Positions 9,401-18,370 are shown, numbered from the stretch's first letter. The stretch: DNA of 64,000 nucleotides from Candidatus Micrarchaeia archaeon (GCA_038874595.1 JAVZCB010000001.1:1-64000), one strand, 5' to 3'. The notes: generated by a model not told the origin, from the sequence alone. Numbers and translations are program-made.

Positions 9401-12045
9401 TGCCAAAGACATATGATGGTATACGATATTACCGTGATGCAAGATTTGGCATTAATGATTTCCTTGGGAAAGGCGACTTAATCAAAGACGGTAAAGAGCA
9501 CGTTGCAGATGTATATTTGTACAATCTTACAATTGGCGCGGTTGCTAACGGTGTTGTAACTTCAGTTGATATTGTTGATGTTATGGAAGGTGATTTCCTG
9601 CTTCTTAACAATACAGGTGAAGAGCCGATAGTATGGTATTACGGCATCATTACACCATGTGTGAATAATGATGATATTGAGGATAAAATAAAAGAAAAGA
9701 TGGCCTTCAAATGCGATGCTGGCAAAGAGAAAGATTGCATTACGAACCCGAAGAAATATTCTATCAGTCCGATCGATATGGATAATTATTTAAATGATGT
9801 GGCTGCATCCTCACCAAACTTGGTTTCCCGCGTTGTGATCGCACCTAGGGAGAAGCGTATAGTTGAAACTTCAATGGAAGGTAATGCACCCAACTCAATC
9901 AAATTGGTACTTCCTGCGAATGAGCAGTCTGCAACTTATGTATTTTATAACCCATACTCAGGGAAGAGGATGATGGTGCGTGTTTCGAAACACGTTGAAA
10001 ACATCCTATTACAGATAAACTCGTTCAGCCCGTCGTCAGTTAGCCTGCAGCCGGGCGGCACAGACAGTGAGCTTTGCATTTTGAATAAGGATAAAGTGGA
10101 AAGGAAGATCTTATACGAAACGCTTGATGGAAATATAGAGAAAGAAGTTATCATTAAGCCAGGGAATACTGATTGTAATGTACCTTCGTATTTTAATACA
10201 CATAAAGCTAAAGATGCACTTACAGGTAAATATCTCACAGTTGGCGAAGATAAAATAGGTGGTGATACTGCAATCTCACAGCTAAAGGATATCACAGCTG
10301 CGATTGCACTCTCAAAAGAAGGTGCGGACAACCCGGCGTATAAGTTCCAGGTGTTAAATCCAAAAGCTGCTGCGACACCTGCAATAATAACAACAGAAAT
10401 TATCGATGTTGATGCGATAAACCCAGCTGATGATTCTTCTGGTATTGTAAGGGAAGTTGAAATAATAGAAGGAGTATGTAGGCTGGAGATGATCAGGCAG
10501 GAATCAACAACGTGCGGCCAAACAACATCATCTCAAGCTGAGAACTTGAAGATTGAGATTACTTATGATGATGTTAAGCTGACCGGTTGCTGTTGTAGGC
10601 AGGTTGGCACTTCAACAGAATGCAGGTATGGCCTATCTGAGATTGAGTGCAACACGCTAAGAAAAGCTGGTGGTGGCTGGGGTTACGGCCAGTGCCCGGT
10701 TGGGTGCTGTTGTACTAATGTAAACGGCAATAAGCAATGCGAATATAACGTAGATGAAAATACGTGCAAAAACAGCAAACGCGAATACTCATATTTCTGC
10801 CCAACGAAATCAACTGTATACAAGCAGCGGTGCATTTCAACGTTGCCTTTCTTTATACACATAAAAAGTGGTGAGACAAGCATAGGTTTAGAGCGAATAA
10901 ATAAGATGAAACAGATGATAGATGCGGTTTATGATGGGCTACAGAAGAGCAGTACACTTAAAGATGCTGGTGAGAAGCTTGACCTTATAGGGTATGTTGT
11001 TGTGATTGATGACCCTGGTGTTGGCAAGCGTGGCCAATGCTCATTATCAGGATACATAGATGACTTGCGCAATGTTTCTCAGTATGCTGCCACGAGGTAT
11101 GGCATACCTTCCATGATAATAGGTCTTGGATTGAATAGGAATATCGATGAGAAAAATTCCTGCTGGTCAAACACCGAGCTTGCGGACCAGACGAGAAGAT
11201 TATTTAGTGAGGATATTATGATCATGGTTGGTTCAGGCATAATAGGGATGGGGCAGTACTGCCTCGTTGATACATCTTGCCAACCTTTAACTTCTGGTAA
11301 GGCAGGTGCAGATTATGGGTTGTATTATGACGTTCATACAAGCAGCTCATCACCTTTTGCTTATGGTGTAAACCGGGCAGATGTTATTATTGGAGGTGTA
11401 ACATCTTTCAGTGATTACCTGAGGTCCTTGCCTTCTAGTGCATTTGGGAGTATCACACCAACGTCCACTTTAGAAAGTATTTCCATGCAGCCATCAATAA
11501 CATTACCTACCCGTGCAGAAATTCGCTACAACGTTATGAGAAAGGTTAATGCCAAGACTGGTAATATCACTTATGTTAATGTGAAACCTACTTATGGTAG
11601 CGATTTCACGCTTGGTACACAACCATCATTGCAAGGTAATATCCTTGATAGTAGCACTTTAGGCAATGTACCTACATTGGGTGATCAGGTGGGTGGTTTG
11701 AGTGGAGGTGCGAACTTACAGTACACAAACCTGGTTATTGATTACATCAACTATCTTTCGCAATCTGGTGTTGTTATAAGTGGTCTTAGTGAGGGAAGCA
11801 TATCACTTCCGGCCCTAATAGACCAATTTAATAACATAAATCTGCCTTCTAATGTGCTTTCAGGCACTTACAGGAAAGACCCATATGCGCGAGTATGGTT
11901 TGACCAGTGTGGTAAATATTACTATGAAGGTGAGGGGCAGACTTTAATAATATTCTCAGAGACGGATATACCGAGAGGGCAGCAGGGTAACCAGTGTGAC
12001 CCGTCAAGAATGATGGAGCTTTACAAGAAATACAAATGTGATTAA
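3415..12045 (+). CDS. Giant (2876 aa) predicted lipoprotein / surface protein with cupredoxin-like repeats and Cys-rich modules
   Basis: 8.6-kb uninterrupted ORF; lipobox-like LLSSGC; repeated F/YxP-x-G-x-C-x-N...C...G-x-Y modules. Confidence 0.8.
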   Translation: MKRVLIIFALFLAVLLSSGCLTYDVRQELPTKIEVTEKPITPIESPIECKTASCLTFIKEVDQKNLRWECSPLFKGANDDPAGTVYYQDKGDVCKTLPAADTLCLQYDCAFNKDTFTGYYKAYYQCLGEDDSIDNWGVGYGVAYPNEDVSFFKIYTKGIGSVGRLPSYGFACNAMSSESRGKGYNTLCDYQDGCYTCVDWALLITYEPRACPAEMPILYPYNAKGFTYNPVINTDANPGREVIRDLRKDYTKLGKLATAYANNVAKNSKESEVGYVKGCEEICSDLVNHPEKADECNKCSKEHSNDEIEEPQKSSDKPVDRGYTLAQLNGKCNGLNPCVEIDRAGIGVVDSYIVGGENTQNTESPEYSIYTRYAKCDRGDYPGEKGMRYFICSCRCKQTIRATYECRRAGNTTAYYYSYCKESKDKTSQGGYVYEFHNFSGGAYKIVLGNATSEIPIFLLGQGPTFKDYELAKKLCAPSNPADVTITGGKLPFVPSNLTVFEGAQFCLINNGAGAHSVYSPLTIQIYNPSTKSIMSFTQDVRIANLSSGASSCIKTGEGTNFTVGQYTLYLDDNKIAKATVKVVKPTTGATTGVVKAGAGGRPVFLYNGELELDGVYASGPAGQNTLNIIDTDGSVRKVSADTGEHTDKIGNVKFSYVAYTSGDKITISGEGEPVFAPRAIVLSAGSKLCVVNTVESGAKNLLLEKKVNYTPETYVPIAAKRSLYGLECCFDIPDPGVYRVSDSDYLNSMKAYVVVFPSKVAPLITINDYGYTPISSLAKRDDYVCITNPIGANRTISYTSDKGGKGTLKVRALEDYCTYDLTKTDANYNFTDMLTGAKFYLSTTSGSVLNIDVYKRTFIPKNGRVDKGGQVCLNAVDSNVTLIFAPVSKTSALTGQTLTGQTIQLAPGQKRCIEMSTEGLFTFRNKGTGLDCFVAVGDKGVGYIVNGTVIYTPLDVMFPDYAAASTNPLYIDLFTKYPKVTLHNLDDVSYVVYNELTIRNGTGFSTHRLDLVTPHTIIYNKAPYDVTIKIISRALSKTGRTITIPKGGYEIYTYDSDAGDYRIVSVTNLNVKPVEGGPAGLGTNVDINGEKLLDSSGVVVPASGLKEITVRSVGGTLVSLFSYTGSIENPSTLPQKKGVLVIRGSVEGGESVVASKFNFMKTLGFGVQTLSGVPTNEELMQARKMLAIDNSIPVFLYSRIGKVTVGLVDPATTETYRINTGALVKVSLDSDISKQEVVVSDKNIDPSKYNGASSQWIFNMPTNPVNFTIKKGSVEKKVELVPQTAVKEVRMSYTQYRVDTHGNENYMLRVHNLAVEPRAVMLRPNKINEYCQIGVGKMEEDLSNMWSPIKMQVYKVYNVSNNDLDALENHDSFVRQGVSKITDITLLPNMGYKDISLELGRSKTSDNTPGQLTLRAKAGSTAPNTQASKISTENRVELSPGYVSGLKDTQAVRVYRIFSSQVQEGDPKTTINQRYLDVGLSTDVYGGEKYAVIVHRFAPLTYLTENELISNINLWKGAVFAEKNYNLLPRVWKNVWEGENFYLWSGCGSSHLIVPFSNDIYPNEFAYSAPAILGFKGMNSFREGYDNYMLLKTAKYNYPVLPQAIGNIRYNTYTFKFVDHLVQDIDLNSGKSSSETIVPTAFRITNGEVLTEFGLVFYDENNGDIPCGKMYTGSKFSETGDLFGSYDGDPFTDKTRFKCGTGTTDYKDDYEAAIKAQLDDSRSYIVYNKYGGYCYFGDDLKFENGEYVEYVDNQGLGLKNTLWCHVTTKAYGNNGRAIGAQKDGSWNFAYVWKGLGDYKGGSENYDRVIELKLDSSYGNERRYSFIAKPYYEFPEPACDVSSIPTGNKFDGGVPENAFAGGIMFLLNDVSPAKSRFDENEIEKGTSEMSMGYALTNKFTIPNTQLTIGQKAACFGESTFDGIQEVIAPQAVNIYTPDAHGEYAIYDSPFYPNFKLKTKDGDMFYYHLSPFATDSGSGNVRSSLDKGKLGTVMYDVPKTYDGIRYYRDARFGINDFLGKGDLIKDGKEHVADVYLYNLTIGAVANGVVTSVDIVDVMEGDFLLLNNTGEEPIVWYYGIITPCVNNDDIEDKIKEKMAFKCDAGKEKDCITNPKKYSISPIDMDNYLNDVAASSPNLVSRVVIAPREKRIVETSMEGNAPNSIKLVLPANEQSATYVFYNPYSGKRMMVRVSKHVENILLQINSFSPSSVSLQPGGTDSELCILNKDKVERKILYETLDGNIEKEVIIKPGNTDCNVPSYFNTHKAKDALTGKYLTVGEDKIGGDTAISQLKDITAAIALSKEGADNPAYKFQVLNPKAAATPAIITTEIIDVDAINPADDSSGIVREVEIIEGVCRLEMIRQESTTCGQTTSSQAENLKIEITYDDVKLTGCCCRQVGTSTECRYGLSEIECNTLRKAGGGWGYGQCPVGCCCTNVNGNKQCEYNVDENTCKNSKREYSYFCPTKSTVYKQRCISTLPFFIHIKSGETSIGLERINKMKQMIDAVYDGLQKSSTLKDAGEKLDLIGYVVVIDDPGVGKRGQCSLSGYIDDLRNVSQYAATRYGIPSMIIGLGLNRNIDEKNSCWSNTELADQTRRLFSEDIMIMVGSGIIGMGQYCLVDTSCQPLTSGKAGADYGLYYDVHTSSSSPFAYGVNRADVIIGGVTSFSDYLRSLPSSAFGSITPTSTLESISMQPSITLPTRAEIRYNVMRKVNAKTGNITYVNVKPTYGSDFTLGTQPSLQGNILDSSTLGNVPTLGDQVGGLSGGANLQYTNLVIDYINYLSQSGVVISGLSEGSISLPALIDQFNNINLPSNVLSGTYRKDPYARVWFDQCGKYYYEGEGQTLIIFSETDIPRGQQGNQCDPSRMMELYKKYKCD

Positions 12046-12116
12046 AATGTCAAGCAAGCGCAAAGATTGGTTGTAAGATTGGATTATAATTATTAGCCTA
12101 TGGGGGATGTGTTGTA

Positions 12117-13913
12117 ATGGCGTTGTATGGAAGGGATGATGATTATCTTCAACTCATAGCGATTTTGTTCATAGGATTTTTGGCATTGTTATTTATAACG
12201 CAGGTATGCGGTAAGACCACGCAAGGCGCGTGCCCTGATGGATATTATGAATGTGCCTCCAGCCCGTGTGGTTGTTGTAAGCAAAACACAGATGGGTCTG
12301 TTGATGTATGCTCAGGGTGTGCAGATTATGTAGTTGTTGGTGGTAAATGTTGCAAAAAATCCAATCTTGATGATTGTATTTCATCATATGATGTTTGTGT
12401 ATTTCCAGAATCCTGTGTTTCTGATGCTGATTGTTCTGCTAAATCCTGTCCTAAATCGGTATGTGAAGTGCAACCAGATGGCAAAAATAAATGTAAACCC
12501 TGCGAGAAAGGTGCAGTGTGCAACCCTTCATTAAAGAACTCTTGTTGTGCAGATATGATGTGTGACCCAAAAACAAGTAGGTGCCAGCCGTGTATTGATA
12601 AGGAGTGCCTCACAAATGATGATTGTTGTAATGGGTATTCTTGTAATCCCCAACCTGATAATACGCGCAAATGTGAACCGTGCCTGGACCAGCCGTGTGA
12701 TACGCGCCCCTGCTGTCCAGGGTATGAGTGCAGTGTACAGCCTGGCGGGTCCAAGCTGTGCAAACCGTGTGAAGGTGTGTTATGCACATCTGATAAGGAC
12801 TGTTGTAACAATTATGGCTGTTTTAATGGTAAATGTGCCTCCTGTGTAGCTAAACCGTGCACTAAGAATTCAGATTGCTGCAATGGTTACAGCTGCACAC
12901 TCCAGCGTGACGGTACAAGAAAATGCCAGCCGTGCATTTCAGGTTTGGATTGTACCGGCCAGCAATGCTGCCCGGGCATGCAATGCACACCATACCCTGA
13001 CGGCAGTAATAAATGTATCCCCTGCATAGGTAAAACGTGCACATCCTCATCTGATTGCTGTAAAGGTGATTTTTGTGTTGGTGGGGTATGCACATCGCTC
13101 TCTTCGTGTGTGGGTGTAGGATGTACTACACCAGGTGAACCGTGCAGGCTGTGCTCAAACGTGCAGGACCTTTCCTCATGCTCAAAATGTACCGATAACA
13201 CAATATGTGCGAATGATGGAACAGGTAAATTTGTATGCCAGCCAGCGTGCCAGGATGGAGGAGTGGCGTGTGATACATGCCCAACAGGGTGTTGTGACCC
13301 TCTTACAAACGAGTGCATATGCGGTCCTGGCGAGCACCCGTGTGAAGGTATCGAAGGATGCTCATGCTGTGTATACGGCTCTCAAGTGGTAACAACTTGT
13401 CCAGAAGGGACCTTCTTATGCCCTGGTTATGGGTGCAAAGAGCCTTTTTTGTGTAGTGTTGATCCAATTACTCGCCAAATCAGCTGTACGTTCCCAAGCT
13501 TTGAATGCCCATCTGGAACCTTTGAGTGTACCCAGCAGAAAGGGTCCTGTTGTGCTTATGTTATCCCTGCAAATGCCATTCCACCAAGCATTTCTACAGT
13601 AGACACATCTATCTGTGGTTCAGGATATGGCGTCTTTGTGAATGTAAACATCGGTAGTATATCTTTGAACAAGTATATCTGCTGTGATAAAATCACGTAT
13701 ACATTAACAGGGTCTATGTATACTTATTCGTTCATATGTGGGGGTAAATCATACACTGGCACATCTACCGTATCACCATACGAATATGTTGTTTCAGCAA
13801 AACAGGTATTAGGTGAAGACTTTTGCAAAGAGGCCGTCAAGAGATGTACCGAGTCAGGTGTTGATGTTGATAAATGTTTCAAGCAACCGATTTCTGTAAA
13901 TGTTGGGGGGTAA
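12117..13913 (+). CDS. Cys-rich repeat membrane-anchored protein (598 aa)
   Basis: N-terminal TM; repeated C-x4-5-CC-x-G-x2-C-x3-PDG-x2-KC-x-PC units. Confidence 0.8.
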   Translation: MALYGRDDDYLQLIAILFIGFLALLFITQVCGKTTQGACPDGYYECASSPCGCCKQNTDGSVDVCSGCADYVVVGGKCCKKSNLDDCISSYDVCVFPESCVSDADCSAKSCPKSVCEVQPDGKNKCKPCEKGAVCNPSLKNSCCADMMCDPKTSRCQPCIDKECLTNDDCCNGYSCNPQPDNTRKCEPCLDQPCDTRPCCPGYECSVQPGGSKLCKPCEGVLCTSDKDCCNNYGCFNGKCASCVAKPCTKNSDCCNGYSCTLQRDGTRKCQPCISGLDCTGQQCCPGMQCTPYPDGSNKCIPCIGKTCTSSSDCCKGDFCVGGVCTSLSSCVGVGCTTPGEPCRLCSNVQDLSSCSKCTDNTICANDGTGKFVCQPACQDGGVACDTCPTGCCDPLTNECICGPGEHPCEGIEGCSCCVYGSQVVTTCPEGTFLCPGYGCKEPFLCSVDPITRQISCTFPSFECPSGTFECTQQKGSCCAYVIPANAIPPSISTVDTSICGSGYGVFVNVNIGSISLNKYICCDKITYTLTGSMYTYSFICGGKSYTGTSTVSPYEYVVSAKQVLGEDFCKEAVKRCTESGVDVDKCFKQPISVNVGG

Positions 13914-13917
13914 TGAA

Positions 13918-16900
13918 ATGTCACGTGATGAAGATGAAGGATTGATGCCGATTGCACGTATCATAGTCCTTGTGTTATTAGGCCTTCTTATATTATGGGC
14001 GCTTCTCTCTCTTTTTGGAGGGGGTGTGGAGCAGCCTTGCCCTTCAGAATCTTTTAGCTGTGATATTAGCCAATGCAAATGCTGTGTTAAGGATGGGTTT
14101 GGAAACCTAATCCCGTACTGCGATTCTGCAATCTGTGGGCCCGGATATGTGCTTAATTCCAAGGGAGAATGTTGTAGTGTCAATGATATTTCAAAATGCT
14201 TAAAACAGTCAGAAGTGTGTGTTACCCCCGAGACGTGCAGTGATACGCAGCCGTGCTGTCCCGGATACACTTGTAATTCGGAAGGAAAATGTATTCCGTG
14301 TGCACCGGGACTGCTATGCAACCCATCAGATATCAATTCATGCTGTGCAGGCTTGGCGTGCAATGCAAACGGCAGGTGTGAACCACTTGTGTGTGCATCT
14401 AAGGAATGCCCAACTGTCGGTAAGCCGTGCCAGGTATGTGATGGTGCCGGAAACTGTGCTAATTGTATAGATGGCAGCGTATGTACTTTTAATCCGCAGC
14501 TTAACAAGAAGGTGTGCCAGGTAAACTGCATAAATTCGCCGTGCTCTGCAGAGAAACCGTGTTGTGAAAGTGCACCTTTCTGTGTTAATGGCCTTTGTGC
14601 CAGATGCCCTGCCGGCCAGAAGGAGTGTGATAAGCAGATATGTGCAACAGGGTGCTGTGACGCTGTTACTGGTGAATGTATATGTAACGGGGCATCTTGT
14701 ACATCCGACTTAGACTGTTGCTCTAGCTCAAAATATTGTGTGAATAATAAGTGCGCCAAATGCCCTGCCGGCCAAAAAGAATGCGACCCGCAAATATGTG
14801 CAACAGGGTGTTGTGATGCAGTTACAGGCGAGTGCATCTGTGATGGGCTAGCTTGCAGTTCCGATAACGATTGCTGCAAGTTTGCACCGAATTGTGTTGA
14901 TGGTGTATGCTCAAAATGCCCGGCTGGCCAGGTGCCCTGCCAAACGTGTGCAGGCGGCTGCTGCTTAAAGTCTGGCGGGTGCCCGTCCTGTGAAGGTGTT
15001 TCTTGTACAAAGAGTGAGGATTGCTGTGAATCCTCTCCTTATTGCAATAATGGCCAGTGCGCTGTGTGCCCGCCCGGCCAATATAAATGTGATAAATCTT
15101 TATGCCAAACAGGGTGCTGTGCAGAAGGGACAAACACGTGCCCATCTTGTGAAGGCAAAGCCTGCTCAAAAGACGAGGACTGCAACTGTCCGGATGCGCC
15201 GTTCTGTGTAAACTCTGTATGTAGTAAAACACCTCCGGGCACAACAGAAGATAATACGTGTCCTGACGGCTACAGGAAAACTGATGGTACCTGTTATTTC
15301 TGTTCCGAGCAGTTATGTTTTAGCAGGATGCAATGCTGCCCATCAGCACCATACTGTGTAACCAAGGAAACTAAATCTGATTTTGGTATTACACTAAGGT
15401 TAAGCTATTGCAGCAAATGCCAGCCAGGCCAGGTTACGTGCAGTACGTGCCCAGGCGGCTGTTGCAACCCTGATGGCACTTGCCCATCGTGCAAAGATAT
15501 GCAATGTACATCAGAAAGAGAATGCTGTGCGGCAGCACCATATTGTGTTAACTCAAAGTGCAGCCCGTGCCCTGAAAATGTAATGCCGTGCTTAAATTGT
15601 GATAGTGGATGCTGTGATTATAATGGCCTGTGTATTCCTCTCTTGAAATGTTTGCGACATCCATGTATCTCGGATAATAACTGCTGCCCGTCATCCCCTT
15701 ACTGCGTTGATGGAAGTTGCCAGCAATGCCCAAAAGGCCAGCACCCGTGTAGCCAATCAACATGCCCGACCGGCTGCTGCCTTAACAGTGATAACTCCTG
15801 CCCGGTCAAGCCACCTGAGATATGTACCGACTGCAAGATTACATGCACAAATATTGGCGGGGCATACGATTTGAATGGTGATGGATTTCTTGATGCCCTC
15901 GACCTCAAAGTGTTTGATGAATACTTATCATCCAGTGGCGGCCAGTATGATAAGAGATATGATTTCAATAACGACAAGAAGGTTGATGCTGCTGACAGGC
16001 AATGTTTAGGTGATGCGTGTGCCGGCGGTTGTAAAGTCCTTAACATTTCTTCCGTAAAGACTTGTGTAAACATCTTATCTTACCCACCGGAGGCAAGGGC
16101 TGCGTTGGGCACTCAGATTCATGACAACGTCTCAAAAGTGTTTAATTTTGCCGGGTATGCAAAGATATATTCTGACCATGAAGAAGGGTTTAACGCTTTG
16201 AAACGCGAGGTGATTTTACAGGTTGGTACTTCACAGGGGCAGAGTTTTGTTGGTTGTGTTAGTGGCAGCTGCAACAATGTGTTCACAAGCGGGATAATTG
16301 ACGGCCTTAAAATGTGTGAACTCTACACGTGGTCAAAATGTATGAGCACTTCTTATTGCAATAGTGAGAGTAATAATTACATAAAGGATTTGTGTGATGG
16401 TTGTAAAAAAGCTGGAAAATATGTTTGTAGTAATGTAAACACACTACTTATAAATAGATGTAATACTGACTGGGCTAAAAAGCTTGATAATGATTGTGCA
16501 GGTGATTATAAGAAATGCTTAACTAAAGAGTATACAAACAAGTGGTGCAAATATACAAATGATGACACTCAAAGTAGGTGCGAATCTGTAGTTAATTCAC
16601 TAAGCGGACAACCGAATGGCAAGTTTTATATAGCAGCATTCTCTGAGGTGTGCAACGATGTTGTGCAACCTTATGAGAGTGGCTGGTGTAAGAGTACTAT
16701 AAGCAATTGCCTTGATGCGCTATCTACACCGCTGTTGCTTGTTGAAAGGGGAGACCCATTCTTGTATGGCAGTAAAGATATAATCCAAAAGAGATATTTC
16801 TCGGGGTGCGCATATTTTGCCGACCCGTACGGTGGCAAGATAAAAGTGATGGAGCTTGAACGTACCCCAGGGTGTTCAGATGAGCTGAAACCGAGTGTTG

Positions 16901-17544
16901 CCAAAAATCTTGATACACTTATTGATGATGCATCTGTTGATCTGTTTGCAGAATGCGTATCTAAGAGTTTACCAGAGCAAACAAAAAATGATGGATTTTG
17001 GATGATTGGTTGTATACTTAGTGGTGGTGCATTATGCGCGCAGGAATCCTACTGTATTGAAGGCAGTAGTACTTATAATAAAGAAAAGTGTGATGCGTGC
17101 ATGAGTAAGGTTGGTGCGGGCTGCACCTATCTAAAAGACCATACAGTTATTTACGCGCAGGGCAAGGTGCTTGAGCTTAGCGATATATGCACACAGGATT
17201 ACAAGTCGTGCACAAACCCATCTCCTTGGTGCAACAATTTAGGTAATGCGGCAAAGCAGAATTGTTTGGGGCTTATTTGGGAAGGAAAAATTGACCAGCA
17301 TCTTATACAGGTTTGTGATGTGCTCATCTCACCACTTATTGAAGGGAAATGCAAGAGCTCTTTTGAAACCTGCCTCACATCAACAGCCACGTTTAAGAAT
17401 CTCGTTAGACAGCTGGTGCTTAAGGATTCGGTCGAGCTGCTTGATAAGGGCACAGGTGTTACAAGCAAGCTTGCAACACAGGAAGTATCAAACCTTCCAA
17501 TAATATCTGGTGATGAGTGCCCGTACGGGAAGCTCACAAAATAA
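13918..17544 (+). CDS. Cys-rich repeat membrane-anchored protein with a dockerin/EF-hand-like pair and a duplicated C-terminal domain
   Basis: Start moved to MSRDEDEG; N-terminal TM; ~50-aa CC..APxCVNG..CPxGQ..C..GCC repeats; YDLNGDGFLDALD and YDFNNDKKVDAAD motifs. Confidence 0.8.
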   Translation: MSRDEDEGLMPIARIIVLVLLGLLILWALLSLFGGGVEQPCPSESFSCDISQCKCCVKDGFGNLIPYCDSAICGPGYVLNSKGECCSVNDISKCLKQSEVCVTPETCSDTQPCCPGYTCNSEGKCIPCAPGLLCNPSDINSCCAGLACNANGRCEPLVCASKECPTVGKPCQVCDGAGNCANCIDGSVCTFNPQLNKKVCQVNCINSPCSAEKPCCESAPFCVNGLCARCPAGQKECDKQICATGCCDAVTGECICNGASCTSDLDCCSSSKYCVNNKCAKCPAGQKECDPQICATGCCDAVTGECICDGLACSSDNDCCKFAPNCVDGVCSKCPAGQVPCQTCAGGCCLKSGGCPSCEGVSCTKSEDCCESSPYCNNGQCAVCPPGQYKCDKSLCQTGCCAEGTNTCPSCEGKACSKDEDCNCPDAPFCVNSVCSKTPPGTTEDNTCPDGYRKTDGTCYFCSEQLCFSRMQCCPSAPYCVTKETKSDFGITLRLSYCSKCQPGQVTCSTCPGGCCNPDGTCPSCKDMQCTSERECCAAAPYCVNSKCSPCPENVMPCLNCDSGCCDYNGLCIPLLKCLRHPCISDNNCCPSSPYCVDGSCQQCPKGQHPCSQSTCPTGCCLNSDNSCPVKPPEICTDCKITCTNIGGAYDLNGDGFLDALDLKVFDEYLSSSGGQYDKRYDFNNDKKVDAADRQCLGDACAGGCKVLNISSVKTCVNILSYPPEARAALGTQIHDNVSKVFNFAGYAKIYSDHEEGFNALKREVILQVGTSQGQSFVGCVSGSCNNVFTSGIIDGLKMCELYTWSKCMSTSYCNSESNNYIKDLCDGCKKAGKYVCSNVNTLLINRCNTDWAKKLDNDCAGDYKKCLTKEYTNKWCKYTNDDTQSRCESVVNSLSGQPNGKFYIAAFSEVCNDVVQPYESGWCKSTISNCLDALSTPLLLVERGDPFLYGSKDIIQKRYFSGCAYFADPYGGKIKVMELERTPGCSDELKPSVAKNLDTLIDDASVDLFAECVSKSLPEQTKNDGFWMIGCILSGGALCAQESYCIEGSSTYNKEKCDACMSKVGAGCTYLKDHTVIYAQGKVLELSDICTQDYKSCTNPSPWCNNLGNAAKQNCLGLIWEGKIDQHLIQVCDVLISPLIEGKCKSSFETCLTSTATFKNLVRQLVLKDSVELLDKGTGVTSKLATQEVSNLPIISGDECPYGKLTK
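14604..14850 (+). repeat. Intragenic 156-bp (52-aa) tandem duplication
   Basis: CPAGQKECDxQICATGCCDAVTGECIC occurs twice, 156 nt apart, with mostly synonymous differences. Confidence 0.85.
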
Positions 17545-17623
17545 AAAATAAACCCAGACAACCAGCAACTATCGGCTGCAAATCCATCCATTAGTTTTTG
17601 CCATTTTGTATTTTTCTTTTCTT

Positions 17624-18349
17624 TTACTCTTTTCTCCTGTAGATTTTTCCACCTTCGAACACGTGCTCATTTGGGTATACAACAAGCCCTTTCTCTGTAA
17701 ACCTTAGCGGAACCATTCTTTGTGCATGGTTTGTCCCTCTTAACTTCATCACTTCAAGCGCACGTATCCTATTCTCTGCCTCCCTAATATTGTATAAATA
17801 GATTAGGCCATCACATAATGAGTCCATACCAAACCTGATTTTGTACTCCCTCTCTGAGATGTAAGATTCTGAGCTCATCATAATCGTACATCCCCATTTC
17901 CTAAGCTTGTTAAGGAGCCGTGCAACCTCCTGTCTTCTCTTGTATTCAGTTTCATAAATAAGTGCATAGCTAGTTATTGTGTCTATAGCCACCCTTTTTA
18001 TGTTGTTTTCTTCTATTGTATCGCGTATTATATTCTCATGTGATAGGAAATGCTCAATGTCCTGCGTAGGGTATTCAAGAAAAACTGCCTTGTTTCTCTT
18101 CTCGAGCGATTGCAGGTCCCACCCGTATCTTTGCATATTCTCAAATAACAGGTCTTTAGGCTCTTCAAAGCTTACAAACATGCCACACTCATTGTATCGC
18201 ACTGCACCATTATATATGAATTGGGTAAGGAACGTTGTTTTTCCAGCACCTGCGTTGCCGGCAAGCAAAAGTATCTGCCCTTCTATAAACCCGCCTTCAA
18301 TCATCCCGTCAAGCCCATCTATCCCAGAGGGTATCCTTTTTCTAGTCAT
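17624..18349 (-). CDS. KaiC/RAD55-like RecA-superfamily ATPase (single domain)
   Basis: SGIDGLD, Walker A GNAGAGKT, SFEE, IDT, EVMKLRGT motifs. Confidence 0.9.
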   Translation of the reverse strand: MTRKRIPSGIDGLDGMIEGGFIEGQILLLAGNAGAGKTTFLTQFIYNGAVRYNECGMFVSFEEPKDLLFENMQRYGWDLQSLEKRNKAVFLEYPTQDIEHFLSHENIIRDTIEENNIKRVAIDTITSYALIYETEYKRRQEVARLLNKLRKWGCTIMMSSESYISEREYKIRFGMDSLCDGLIYLYNIREAENRIRALEVMKLRGTNHAQRMVPLRFTEKGLVVYPNEHVFEGGKIYRRKE

Positions 18350-18370
18350 GGATTTAACTACGTAGGAATA

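Noticed and set aside
13900-13917. Frameshift fusion of the two Cys-rich genes
   Set aside because: The second gene has its own ATG at 13918 and its own N-terminal TM anchor.
12326-14879. His/Gln-rich minus-strand ORFs
   Set aside because: Antisense shadows of the Cys-rich plus-strand genes.
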